Shown: positions 29,000 to 38,033 of the stretch, piece by piece
Layout: the number at the start of each line of letters is the position of its first letter
How positions within the stretch are numbered: the first letter of the stretch is position 1
From: Escherichia phage JEP6
Sequence record: MT764206.1
DNA length: 64,000 bases
Reading direction: 5' to 3' (one strand)
Notes under the pieces: generated by a model
What the model saw: the letters and a program-made list of their open reading frames with translations, nothing else
What the model was told of the DNA's origin: nothing
Databases searched by the model: none
Position numbers and translations under genes: made by a program

Positions 29000-29527
29000 T
29001 TATGCGAGTACCGTCTTTAACCGTTCTTCAAACTTCCGAAGAGTATTCTGGCGTTCAGCTCTTTGCTTTTTGTAAGTTTCAATACGCTCTGAAATGAGAG
29101 TGTATCGTTCATTTACTGATTCTTTCATAAAATCAGGAATTTCACGAGAAGCTTTAATCTCGTCAAATTTATCAATAACAGCTTGCTCTTCAGCAATTAA
29201 GTTATCATACATCAAAATATCTTTCTTGATGAACTCAATATCTTCTTGAGTTACACGAGATAATTTAGATGCTTTATCCTTTTTGTACTGTTCGTTAGTA
29301 TCACGAGACCAGTGTAATGTACGATTTTTATTCGTATTCTTGTAAATTTCTACAATACCGATCTCATCGATAATAACGATCCAATTCCAACGGGATTTGT
29401 AAATTTGTCCTCCATCAACAGTGATTTCACCTCCGATTGAGATGTCATTAAAGAACTTGCTTTGTGCTTCTGATTTAAATTTACCATCGTTGTAATTTAC
29501 CAGGTTGAAAATATCTTTAGCGTTCAT
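29000..29527 (-). CDS. Hypothetical protein
   Basis: 175 aa ORF downstream of the promoter at 29555-29585. Confidence 0.5.
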   Translation of the reverse strand: MNAKDIFNLVNYNDGKFKSEAQSKFFNDISIGGEITVDGGQIYKSRWNWIVIIDEIGIVEIYKNTNKNRTLHWSRDTNEQYKKDKASKLSRVTQEDIEFIKKDILMYDNLIAEEQAVIDKFDEIKASREIPDFMKESVNERYTLISERIETYKKQRAERQNTLRKFEERLKTVLA

Positions 29528-29554
29528 TTTGTGTTCCTCCGTAGTTGATAGTTG

Positions 29555-29585
29555 TATAGTACCACAGAGGAACGGTCTTGTAAAC
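29555..29585 (-). promoter_or_regulatory. Early promoter cassette copy
   Basis: tatagtacca ... gtaaaccactaaaag. Confidence 0.55.
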
Positions 29586-29587
29586 CA

Positions 29588-29902
29588 CTAAAAGAAACTT
29601 CTTTCACAATTTTTTCCACTGAACCATGCGCTCACTGCTTTCTTAGTCTCAGGAGCAGTGTTATCCATAAACCATTCAAAGGCAGCCTTTTTATGATTCT
29701 GGAGGGCTTCTCGGGCTTTAATCTGCTCACGGTCTATTAACACTAACATATGAGCCTTTCTTGTCACCATGGGCTTCTTATGATTTTTTGAATACTCCCA
29801 ATCATTTGTCCATCGCATCGTTGTTGCGAATTGAAGTACAGCTTCTTTAATCTTAGTTTCGTAAATTTCACGAGCCTTTGAGTATAACATCATTACCTCC
29901 AT
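29588..29902 (-). CDS. Hypothetical protein
   Basis: 104 aa ORF. Confidence 0.5.
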   Translation of the reverse strand: MEVMMLYSKAREIYETKIKEAVLQFATTMRWTNDWEYSKNHKKPMVTRKAHMLVLIDREQIKAREALQNHKKAAFEWFMDNTAPETKKAVSAWFSGKNCERSFF

Positions 29903-29992
29903 TTACCAGTTTAATTCTAGTCATCTTTTTAATGGCAGTCCATATAATCTATTTCTGAACTGCCTTTTTGTCTTAGAAGTCCTCTTATGAAT

Positions 29993-30961
29993 TTATTTCA
30001 GAAGAGTAACCTCAGCGATTTCTTCCCAACCGTTTTTGTCGGTCATAATGAAGTCAGCAAGATAAAGAGCAGTACGCAGTGAAACATTACGTAAACGGTT
30101 AACATTGACTTTCATCCATGATAATGCTTTATAAGTTTCTTCATCAGAAAGACCGCGCTTTTGCATCATGTCAGTTGAAAGAATAACATCTTCAACCCTG
30201 ACCATAATTTCTTCATTAGTGTGAACACCCAAATCCAAATAAACCGAGCGGGACACTAATGCTTGTAAATGTGGAGCAAGTTTAGTACCACGGTCTAATT
30301 CGCGGTCAATGTCAACGTTTGTGATAAAAACAATCGTTCCTTTAAATTCAAACTCACGCTCAATGCCTTTTTCTTCTAAGTAAGAAGACGCAGTGCTCCA
30401 GCAGACTTTACGGGTCTCTCCAGTGTCCAGAGCGGCTTTTAGAAGATTAAGAATGTCCATATCAGAGAAAACATCCACATCATCAATCAAAAGGACAGAA
30501 TTCTCTTCACGATTATTCCAAAGCTGCTCATAAAGACCAATACCAGAGATTTTACCATTAATGCTTTTATATTCAATGTATCCAATATCATTTGCTTTAT
30601 TTAAAGCTTTATCTAAAGAATACGTTTTACCAATACCTGCTGCGCCAGAGATAATTAATGAACGAATATTTCCGTTAATAATACCATTCGTCATCATTCC
30701 CATAACATTAAATCTTTTATTAATGCGGGTTTTCATATCTTCATATGATTCTTTAACTTCTTCAACTTTTACACCATCATATGAAATATCTGATTTGTAA
30801 ACCCAAACACCGCGACGTTTACCGTCAATTTCAACAAAAACTTTACCATCTCCTTGTGCATCTACCGGAGCATTATCTGGGAACCATTCTCCTAAGAGCT
30901 CAAAAGTTCCAGAGATTTCTTTACCGAAGTAGATACCCTTATTGATAGTTACAGTTTTCAT
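29993..30961 (-). CDS. P-loop NTPase (AAA-like)
   Basis: Walker A GAAGIGKT, Walker B LLIDDVD; ATG at 30961 with GGAG SD. Confidence 0.6.
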   Translation of the reverse strand: MKTVTINKGIYFGKEISGTFELLGEWFPDNAPVDAQGDGKVFVEIDGKRRGVWVYKSDISYDGVKVEEVKESYEDMKTRINKRFNVMGMMTNGIINGNIRSLIISGAAGIGKTYSLDKALNKANDIGYIEYKSINGKISGIGLYEQLWNNREENSVLLIDDVDVFSDMDILNLLKAALDTGETRKVCWSTASSYLEEKGIEREFEFKGTIVFITNVDIDRELDRGTKLAPHLQALVSRSVYLDLGVHTNEEIMVRVEDVILSTDMMQKRGLSDEETYKALSWMKVNVNRLRNVSLRTALYLADFIMTDKNGWEEIAEVTLLK

Positions 30962-30993
30962 TTTATTCTCCAATTTCACATTTGTTTTGATAG

Positions 30994-31025
30994 GGTAATA
31001 GTATCACACTACTACCCTACTGTAA
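30994..31025 (-). promoter_or_regulatory. Early promoter cassette copy
   Basis: taatagtatca ... gtaaac. Confidence 0.55.
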
Positions 31026-31030
31026 ACAAT

Positions 31031-31294
31031 TTATTTTAATGTTTGCCAAATTTTTACTGCTTCGCGACGAGATACTTCTACAGCTCCAAGTTCTACGGCT
31101 TTTTGGCGTCGGCGAGCATGTAAGTCATAATGTTTAATGCGTTTATCTTGAAACCAAGAACGTTTCATTCCTATTGCTTCTGCCATTTTATGAAGCTCTT
31201 CAATATCTCCATCAGTGAACATATGACAATTTTTAGTTGGATGACCGCGAAGTTTCCATCCATGATTCATTAAAACATCTACGTAAACTGTCAT
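31031..31294 (-). CDS. Hypothetical basic protein
   Basis: 87 aa ORF. Confidence 0.5.
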   Translation of the reverse strand: MTVYVDVLMNHGWKLRGHPTKNCHMFTDGDIEELHKMAEAIGMKRSWFQDKRIKHYDLHARRRQKAVELGAVEVSRREAVKIWQTLK

Positions 31295-31475
31295 TGATTC
31301 TTCTCCAAATAAGTTTCGATAATTTTCTGAGCGAGATAAACTGCATTATCTTCAGTTGCATCTTCTAAGAAACTTTCAAAACACTCTGAAATTTCTTCTG
31401 TGTCAATCAACTTTTTTACTTCAATTGGTGTAATTTTCATTTTGTTTTCCGTTTAAGTGTTTGTTTTGATAGTTG

Positions 31476-31506
31476 TATAGTACCATAAAGCTTTATGCTT
31501 GTAAAC
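31476..31506 (-). promoter_or_regulatory. Early promoter cassette copy
   Basis: tatagtacca ... gtaaaccactttgtgaaaaaa. Confidence 0.55.
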
Positions 31507-31538
31507 CACTTTGTGAAAAAATTTTTGAAATAAAAAAA

Positions 31539-31556
31539 GGGAGCCCGAAGGCTCCC
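31539..31556 (-). terminator. C(UUCG)G hairpin
   Basis: gggagcccgaaggctccc directly after the upstream gene's stop. Confidence 0.55.
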
Positions 31557-31558
31557 TA

Positions 31559-32572
31559 TCATTTATAATAACTTCGGTGGTTTTCAAGATAGACCTTCTC
31601 AAGGAAGTCATCCCAGAAACTCATGTCTACTGTTTTAGGCATACCGTTCTTAGAAGCTTCAGTAGATGCTGCTTCTACTTGATCGACCACATCTTCCAAA
31701 AACTCTTGAACCGTTTTAAATGGATGTTTACCCAACTTCACGTCGAGAATAAATGGAGCATCTTGGAGTGGATAAACCAAGTCACCAGTTTTGTAAATTT
31801 CCAATAGTTGGAGTCCACCACGACAAGCATGACTCAGAGCTTTCCAGTCAATGCCTTCATTGGCTTCGGCCTTACGAGCGCGTTCACCGTATTCAGCATC
31901 TAATTTGTTCAGTGACTGCTTAAGCTCAATAAGAGAAAGCGTTGTCTGATATTTACGACCCAACACTGTGTAAAACGTTTGTGGGCCTGTTTTCTCATGA
32001 TTATGGAACACCCATTCACAGAATTCGTTTTCTGGAAGACGATGCTTAATATCTTCAACTTTAGTGCGGCGCTGCTTAATAGAACCATCTTCTTGGTAAT
32101 CAACCCATTGCTCGGGGATTTGATTAACTACTTTCAATACATCACGTAATGCAGCCAAACGAGAACCCTTAACACCGTATTTAGAAGCTTGTTTGCGGAC
32201 ATATCCTAAATAGGATTTCATGTTAGTCGTATAAAAACGAGAACGGTTGTCTTGAATAAACTTCCACACATCAGGCAAATCAGATTTAACCACTAGTTCA
32301 GGTGGAGTGTGAAGCATATCCAATGCTACAGTTTCACCATCTGCTGCTAATTTAAAGAAATACTTAAGACTATACAATTCGTGGTCAATATCATCTTTAG
32401 TGTTTTTAGATGATGTGTTGTTGGTGTTTTTACTCATGTGCTCTTTGACATTTCCGATAAGAATATCACGAGCAGGAGGAACAAAGATTTCTTTAAAATC
32501 TACATCAGATTCTGGGGTAGAAGTTCCATAAAGATGACTACCAAAATAACTTTTCATTACTGTTTTCATCAT
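31559..32572 (-). CDS. Nucleotidyltransferase-fold protein (Pol-beta-like NTase motif)
   Basis: YFGSHLYGTSTPESDVDF = hG[GS]x(9-13)DxD signature; 337 aa. Confidence 0.5.
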   Translation of the reverse strand: MMKTVMKSYFGSHLYGTSTPESDVDFKEIFVPPARDILIGNVKEHMSKNTNNTSSKNTKDDIDHELYSLKYFFKLAADGETVALDMLHTPPELVVKSDLPDVWKFIQDNRSRFYTTNMKSYLGYVRKQASKYGVKGSRLAALRDVLKVVNQIPEQWVDYQEDGSIKQRRTKVEDIKHRLPENEFCEWVFHNHEKTGPQTFYTVLGRKYQTTLSLIELKQSLNKLDAEYGERARKAEANEGIDWKALSHACRGGLQLLEIYKTGDLVYPLQDAPFILDVKLGKHPFKTVQEFLEDVVDQVEAASTEASKNGMPKTVDMSFWDDFLEKVYLENHRSYYK

Positions 32573-33030
32573 TCAGCCTTATATTCAATAACAGGACACA
32601 CTTTAGCTTTACGAGCTTTTAAAAATTCAACGATAACCGATTTCTTGGGTTGAATAGGAGGTAAACCTTTATACGCCCTATCAATATTTTCTACGTGTAA
32701 AGCATAATCCTTTTTCCATTTATAATCTTTATATTTTTCACGCAAATGTGCAGGAATAACAAATGAACCAATAATAAGTAAAACAACCAAAAGCGCAAGT
32801 ATAAATGCTGATGGAATAAGAGTCCATAAACTACCAAAAATAAGCCAACGCTGTAGGCTTTCTGCACAGATGATAGTTAGACCTACGAGTATAGTACATC
32901 CGAAAAAAGAAACGAAAAATGTAGGAATGGCAATAGACCAAAAATATGCGCATAGTGTCTTAGGTCGTTGCCATTCATCGTTAAACAATTTGAATAATTT
33001 ATAGTGCCAAGAGTTTTCATTAATAATCAT
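32569..33030 (-). CDS. Membrane protein
   Basis: 153 aa with three predicted TM segments. Confidence 0.5.
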   Translation of the reverse strand: MIINENSWHYKLFKLFNDEWQRPKTLCAYFWSIAIPTFFVSFFGCTILVGLTIICAESLQRWLIFGSLWTLIPSAFILALLVVLLIIGSFVIPAHLREKYKDYKWKKDYALHVENIDRAYKGLPPIQPKKSVIVEFLKARKAKVCPVIEYKAE

Positions 33031-33032
33031 AA

Positions 33033-33251
33033 TTATCCTTTCATTGAAGGTGTAACAGTTGTTAAATACTTAATCATAGCTTCAGCTTCTGATTTTGATA
33101 ATGAAATTTCTCCATTGTTTTGACGAATAGAAATAAAATCCGGATGACGGTCACCACCGGCTTTTAAAACACACATATAAGTATCAGTTTCATCTTCAAT
33201 ATTTGAAATGATTGAAGCAGTTCCACACGAATGTGGTTTTTGATAAATCAA
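33033..33251 (-). CDS. Hypothetical protein (C-terminal SIRQ...YL..V.P.M motif family)
   Basis: 72 aa; C-terminus similar to the 33560-34114 product. Confidence 0.45.
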   Translation of the reverse strand: MIYQKPHSCGTASIISNIEDETDTYMCVLKAGGDRHPDFISIRQNNGEISLSKSEAEAMIKYLTTVTPSMKG

Positions 33252-33289
33252 TACAGCTTTTCTTCCACCATTTGACTGTTCATAAACTT

Positions 33290-33553
33290 TTAATACATCA
33301 ACAAATCACTTCTTTTATCAATAGCTAAAATGTTATTTTCATCTTCAATGTTAAATCCTTCGGATACTTCATAAAGTGTCACCCATAAATCACCTATATC
33401 GATAGTAGCATTTTCCTTTCCATGACTTTCAAGAGCATGACAAATTTTCTTAATTTCGTCATAACTCATTTTAATAATATCATCTCCTTGACTAAGAAAG
33501 ATGTCATTTTTAAATTCAACACGAATTAAACCGCTTCCACTTGAAATAAACAT
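33290..33553 (-). CDS. Hypothetical protein
   Basis: 87 aa ORF. Confidence 0.45.
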   Translation of the reverse strand: MFISSGSGLIRVEFKNDIFLSQGDDIIKMSYDEIKKICHALESHGKENATIDIGDLWVTLYEVSEGFNIEDENNILAIDKRSDLLMY

Positions 33554-33559
33554 ATTTCC

Positions 33560-34114
33560 TCACTTTGAAATCATAGTTGGAATAACAGAATCAAGATAAG
33601 TCTTTAACGCAATAGCTTCGTCTTTGTTTAATGTAATGATATGTGATCGAAAATCGTCAATTTGACGAATAGATACTACATCTCCTTCTTCATAGCATTT
33701 TGATACATTTAAAACAGTTTCATCATTCTGATTGCAAGCGTTAGTAATAATAGCATTGCAATTTTTGAGCCATTTTAAACTATGTTTTCTTTCATTAGAA
33801 TAATAAAAATATTTAATCTTAGCTATAAAACTATCCCAATGGATAACTGATAAACACATTGACTCACTTTCAATGTTAAATCCTGGGCATGAAGAATAAA
33901 AATGAATTTTGTGCTCATCATTGATGCTTACTATTTTATCAGCATAAGGATATTCAATTTGGGTTAAATGAATAATTTCACTAGGTGTAAAATACAGCAT
34001 ATCGTCTTCTTGCGTCAAACGATACATGTTATTTACTTTTTCTATAGCCAATTCACCAAAAAGCGGACTAACTTCTAATACTAATCGTTTCATATTAATC
34101 CTTTTTATTGGCAC
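33560..34114 (-). CDS. Hypothetical protein (SIRQ motif family)
   Basis: 184 aa; C-terminus VSIRQIDD...LKTYLDSVIPTM. Confidence 0.5.
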   Translation of the reverse strand: MPIKRINMKRLVLEVSPLFGELAIEKVNNMYRLTQEDDMLYFTPSEIIHLTQIEYPYADKIVSINDEHKIHFYSSCPGFNIESESMCLSVIHWDSFIAKIKYFYYSNERKHSLKWLKNCNAIITNACNQNDETVLNVSKCYEEGDVVSIRQIDDFRSHIITLNKDEAIALKTYLDSVIPTMISK

Positions 34115-34373
34115 GAATTTGTTCTAAAATTTTAGAATATTCCTTTGTATCAGATTTACGTACAATTGATACACTATAAGGCATACTATCGGTGTCTTTT
34201 ATAAAGCGTTCCAAATGACACTCTAACAAAATTTCTGGATTATAAATCGTGTACATCAAATTACCTGTTGCTCCACGATATTGGCAGATTTCTACTGATT
34301 GAACACCATTCCATAATTTTGTTAAAACTAAATCACCTACTTCTAATTTAGGAAAGCCCATGTTATTCACCAA
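34095..34373 (-). CDS. Hypothetical protein
   Basis: 92 aa ORF. Confidence 0.45.
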   Translation of the reverse strand: MVNNMGFPKLEVGDLVLTKLWNGVQSVEICQYRGATGNLMYTIYNPEILLECHLERFIKDTDSMPYSVSIVRKSDTKEYSKILEQIRANKKD

Positions 34374-34548
34374 TTAAAGTTTCAATATAAGAATCAAGAT
34401 TTACTTTAGCTTCTTCCATAAGAGTTTTGTATTTAATCTTGTTAGCATGTCCGGAGAAAGCTGATTCATCAATAATTGTTGATGTATGAACAGCTTTACT
34501 ATACGTCTCAATTAATTCTCTTAATTTAAAAGCCTGCTCACTTGTCAT
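34363..34548 (-). CDS. Small helical protein (EQ..K paralogue family)
   Basis: MTSEQAFKLRELIE... Confidence 0.45.
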   Translation of the reverse strand: MTSEQAFKLRELIETYSKAVHTSTIIDESAFSGHANKIKYKTLMEEAKVNLDSYIETLIGE

Positions 34549-34677
34549 TACATACTCCTTTGAATAATATCAATAATGTTGTTCACCAGATTATAAGTAA
34601 ACATTGGGTAATTATATTGAATCATCACATACACAACAAACAAAACTTTCATTCTCTTCTCCTTGGCAGTTGACAAG

Positions 34678-34710
34678 ATTACTATACCATAACCTTGCCA
34701 ACTTGTAAAC
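34678..34710 (-). promoter_or_regulatory. Early promoter cassette copy
   Basis: actatacca ... gtaaac. Confidence 0.45.
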
Positions 34711-34875
34711 CATTAAATGACGTTTTCAATAAAATTCTGAAGCTTTGTGTGAGCATCAACCATGATTTTCATTTCTTCTTTGGCGAAAGCTGTACCTCTT
34801 TCCCGAGAAGAACATTCATAGTCAGAAACTGCATTAGCATATTCTTCAATTAGCTTCATTAAAAACATCTGCTTT

Positions 34876-35070
34876 TCAGTTTTCATTATTCCACCTAATC
34901 ATTTCAAGATATTGGACTAACTTAGCTTTAGATTTATCCAAATCCTTTTTAGCTGCTTCTATACCGTCGTATGAATATCCTTCACAATGCTCAACTGCTA
35001 ATTGATATGAATCTATTTCAATATCATGCGCTAATTTAATGATTTTTTCAAACTGTTCGCGTGTTAGCAT
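34876..35070 (-). CDS. Small helical protein (EQ..K paralogue family)
   Basis: MLTREQFEKIIKLAHD... Confidence 0.45.
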   Translation of the reverse strand: MLTREQFEKIIKLAHDIEIDSYQLAVEHCEGYSYDGIEAAKKDLDKSKAKLVQYLEMIRWNNEN

Positions 35071-35072
35071 AC

Positions 35073-35291
35073 TTAAACTCTCGTATTATGATCGATAATT
35101 TCATCAAGAAACATATCTAACGCTTCTAAAGCATTATCAACTTTAGCTTCAAATTCTTCAATACCTGATAAGGCAAAGTTAATGCGTTCCTCATCTGCTT
35201 TGCGAATTAAATCTACCAATTCTTTAATTTTATCCGCTTGTTCGATACTAATCATTATTCCACCACATATGAAAGAGAGAATATTGCACAC
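35073..35291 (-). CDS. Small helical protein (EQ..K paralogue family)
   Basis: ...[16 protein letters not shown]... Confidence 0.45.
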   Translation of the reverse strand: MCNILSFICGGIMISIEQADKIKELVDLIRKADEERINFALSGIEEFEAKVDNALEALDMFLDEIIDHNTRV

Positions 35292-35443
35292 GCCATGTGA
35301 GTTGCAGCTTCATCACACATATCATAACGTTTCTTAAGAAGTTCTACAAGTTCTTCACTAGTGACTTCATCCATGTCGACGAAAAAATCACCATTAATGA
35401 TGACGTAGATATTTCCTTCTTGATTAAGTGCTTCAATTTTCAT
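35255..35443 (-). CDS. Small hypothetical protein
   Basis: ATG at 35443 downstream of the promoter; the track start at 35488 is TTG and lies inside the promoter. Confidence 0.4.
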   Translation of the reverse strand: MKIEALNQEGNIYVIINGDFFVDMDEVTSEELVELLKKRYDMCDEAATHMACAIFSLSYVVE

Positions 35444-35470
35444 GATGTTCTCCTCTTTATCCGATGGTTG

Positions 35471-35501
35471 TATAGTACCACGGCTCAAACGGAAAGTAAA
35501 C
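35471..35501 (-). promoter_or_regulatory. Early promoter cassette copy
   Basis: tatagtacca ... gtaaac. Confidence 0.55.
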
Positions 35502-35517
35502 CGGTAAAATGAAAAAA

Positions 35518-35533
35518 GTCTCCCGAAGGAGAC
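35518..35533 (-). terminator. C(UUCG)G hairpin
   Basis: gtctcccgaaggagac. Confidence 0.55.
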
Positions 35534-35538
35534 TAATG

Positions 35539-35925
35539 TTATTCGAGGGAAAGAAGATACTTACTCTGGTAAAACATTCCAGTAATATCATCTATCGTGC
35601 TTTGGATGGCTGGAGGCATTTCTTTATAAATGCTGTTAGATTGGTCTAGTATGCGATCAATCATTTTAATTGTGTCGGTAGGAAGTTTACTAGCATCTGG
35701 AATTGAAGGTGTGTATTTTCTACCAGAATACCCCAAATATTGCTCACCAAATTTATCAATCAAATCTGGCAACTCGGAGAAAATAAAATCGTATGCTTTG
35801 TGTCTAGCATAACTTTTAGTTTCAAAATGTGCAGAATGAAAATAAGCTTGTGCAGCCATTAATAAACCTAAGTATTCATCTGCCTTTGAAGGTTTTCCAC
35901 TTTGTGAAAAGTCGCTGAATTTCAT
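35539..35925 (-). CDS. Hypothetical protein (rI.-1 position)
   Basis: 128 aa ORF immediately downstream of rI. Confidence 0.5.
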   Translation of the reverse strand: MKFSDFSQSGKPSKADEYLGLLMAAQAYFHSAHFETKSYARHKAYDFIFSELPDLIDKFGEQYLGYSGRKYTPSIPDASKLPTDTIKMIDRILDQSNSIYKEMPPAIQSTIDDITGMFYQSKYLLSLE

Positions 35926-36215
35926 TCAGTCTCCAATTTAATGTTCATAATTCTAGCGTATGATTGTGCCATCTCCGCGCCTCGTTCTATACATTCAAAA
36001 TCAGAAGAGCACGGGTCATTTTTATAGGTCGTTCTCATAAAACTATAGAATTGTTCAGACGATTCTACGCTTTTATTTTCAAAAAGCATATAAACGTGCC
36101 TAATACCAGATTCCATAAATTTATCAAAATGAGGATCGACATTCGCTTCAATCGATGGAGATAAAACAAATGACAATCCTAGCATGGCAAATAGTGTCGT
36201 TGCTTTTAAGGCCAT
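35922..36215 (-). CDS. rI: Lysis inhibition antiholin RI
   Basis: 97 aa MALKATTLFAMLGLSFVLSPSIEANVDPHFDKF... with signal-anchor and periplasmic domain. Confidence 0.9.
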   Translation of the reverse strand: MALKATTLFAMLGLSFVLSPSIEANVDPHFDKFMESGIRHVYMLFENKSVESSEQFYSFMRTTYKNDPCSSDFECIERGAEMAQSYARIMNIKLETE

Positions 36216-36227
36216 AAAGGCCTCCTA

Positions 36228-36440
36228 TCATTTTTGCCCTGTATTTACTTTATGCCGATGCACGGCCTTAACTTTATCAAGGTATTTTTCAAAATTTCGC
36301 AATCTAGTATAGTCTGCCGGAGATTGGTTGAGTGATACTTCTCGACGCAAAGCTGAAATGATATTTCCAACTTCCCTACGAATTTCATCTAATTGAAGAA
36401 CGGTAAGATTGCGAAGTTGCTTTTCAGTTAATTGTAGCAT
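36228..36440 (-). CDS. Hypothetical protein (rI.1 position)
   Basis: 70 aa ORF. Confidence 0.5.
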
Positions 36441-36465
36441 ATATACCCCTTTAGTTAGATAAACC

Positions 36466-36473
36466 TATTTATA
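36466..36473 (-). promoter_or_regulatory. Late promoter TATAAATA
   Basis: Plus strand tatttata, 26 nt upstream of the ATG at 36440. Confidence 0.45.
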
Positions 36474-36482
36474 ACTTTTGCA

Positions 36483-37064
36483 CTAACCGAGCTTTTTAGT
36501 TAATTCATTCCAATGTTTTCTACACAAAGAAACATAAATTTCATCACCAATACAGATTTGATTACCTTCTTTAACTGGTGTTCCATCTTCCATTAATCGA
36601 GCTGTCATAATAGCTTTTTTACCACAATGACAAACTGCCTTTAGTTCAATAAGTTTATCTGCAATCGCCAAAAGTTCTTTAGAACCTTCAAATAATTTTC
36701 CAGCGAAATCAGTCCTTAGCCCATAAGCCATAACAGGAACATTATATGTATCAACAATTCGACTTAATTGATGCACCTGTTCAGTTTTTAAAAACTGAGC
36801 TTCATCTACAAATACACAATGAATATCTTTTTGTGCTTCAGCCCATTTATAGAACTCAAAAATATCCATATCATCCGTAATAATATTCGCTTCCTGCTTA
36901 ATTCCAATGCGAGAAACGACTTCACAGACAGAATCGCGAGTATCAATAGCAGGCTTAAGAACTAATACACCCATTCCGCGTTCTTTATAATTATGTGCAG
37001 CAGTCAAAAGAGAAGCAGATTTTCCAGCATTCATTGCTGCGTAAGTAAAAATTAAACTCGCCAT
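36483..37064 (-). CDS. tk: Thymidine kinase
   Basis: P-loop AMNAGKS; Zn site CHCGKK...CRKH; 193 aa. Confidence 0.93.
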   Translation of the reverse strand: MASLIFTYAAMNAGKSASLLTAAHNYKERGMGVLVLKPAIDTRDSVCEVVSRIGIKQEANIITDDMDIFEFYKWAEAQKDIHCVFVDEAQFLKTEQVHQLSRIVDTYNVPVMAYGLRTDFAGKLFEGSKELLAIADKLIELKAVCHCGKKAIMTARLMEDGTPVKEGNQICIGDEIYVSLCRKHWNELTKKLG

Positions 37065-37065
37065 C

Positions 37066-37254
37066 TTAGTCCTTAGTTAAATTTTCTAAATATGTTTTTA
37101 AATCATTTTCAGCTTTATCGATAGATTTTACTAATTCGTAATATGTTTCGGCATCTCCATATTCAGAAGATATTTCAAAAGACAAATCCTTTTCTAAACT
37201 AATAATTTCACCAACTAAAAATAATATTTCGTTCTTTTGTTCGCGAGTAATCAT
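37066..37254 (-). CDS. Small helical protein (EQ..K paralogue family)
   Basis: MITREQKNEILFLVGEI... Confidence 0.5.
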   Translation of the reverse strand: MITREQKNEILFLVGEIISLEKDLSFEISSEYGDAETYYELVKSIDKAENDLKTYLENLTKD

Positions 37255-37436
37255 AAGGAATTTATATAATCAATAAGTTCTTGTTCTTTATTATCGAATT
37301 CTTTAGAAAGTTCTTCGTACTCGTTTGCACTAAAAGGACCGCATTCATTACAAACTTTTTCCAATTCACTATTTTTATCCATAACTTCGTGGATAAGAGA
37401 AAAGAGTTTGTCTTTTTGTTCTTTGCTTAGGCTCAT
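37251..37436 (-). CDS. Small helical protein (EQ..K paralogue family)
   Basis: MSLSKEQKDKLFSLIHEV... Confidence 0.5.
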   Translation of the reverse strand: MSLSKEQKDKLFSLIHEVMDKNSELEKVCNECGPFSANEYEELSKEFDNKEQELIDYINSL

Positions 37437-37602
37437 ATATTAATTTCCAGAAGTTTTAAAATAATTCGCTTTTGCTTAAATATTTCCATAGTTAAATGAT
37501 CAGTATCTTTTTGGCCAATTCCAATGGCAAAACCTTTATTAGCAGCGAGTTCAATTAAATTATCAAGTTCACGTGACACTTCATATTGTAACTCAGAACT
37601 AT

Positions 37603-37815
37603 TCATTTCGGTTTACCTTCTTTAACGAAATCTGGATAAGGATAAAATCCCGAATAAAATCCTTCACCTTTATGATTGATGCATCCTTTATTAGAACAAT
37701 AGCACCAATAATCGAAATCACAAGCCATTTCATCGTTGCATAAAGCAAAAACAACTGGCCATTTACACTTTTCACAATGGGCATTTTTAAGAATACTAGT
37801 TTGGCTCATAACCAT
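37603..37815 (-). CDS. Cys-rich small protein
   Basis: CEKCKW...C..DEMAC...CYCSNKGC; 70 aa. Confidence 0.45.
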   Translation of the reverse strand: MVMSQTSILKNAHCEKCKWPVVFALCNDEMACDFDYWCYCSNKGCINHKGEGFYSGFYPYPDFVKEGKPK

Positions 37816-38033
37816 GTAACCTTTAAGCAGTATTCTTCTACATGCTGTTTACGACCTTTCTTATCAATAAAGGTATATTCAACGAATGTTCCAATGTAGT
37901 CTTTATCTACATCATGCGGACTATTAATTGGACATTTAGTACGGCAAATGCGTTCCCATTGACGAATAATTACTGCCTTATTCTTTGGGTCATATGGATG
38001 TGGATAATGTATATTCATAATAATGGTTCCCAA
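37806..38033 (-). CDS. Hypothetical protein
   Basis: 75 aa ORF. Confidence 0.45.
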   Translation of the reverse strand: MGTIIMNIHYPHPYDPKNKAVIIRQWERICRTKCPINSPHDVDKDYIGTFVEYTFIDKKGRKQHVEEYCLKVTWL

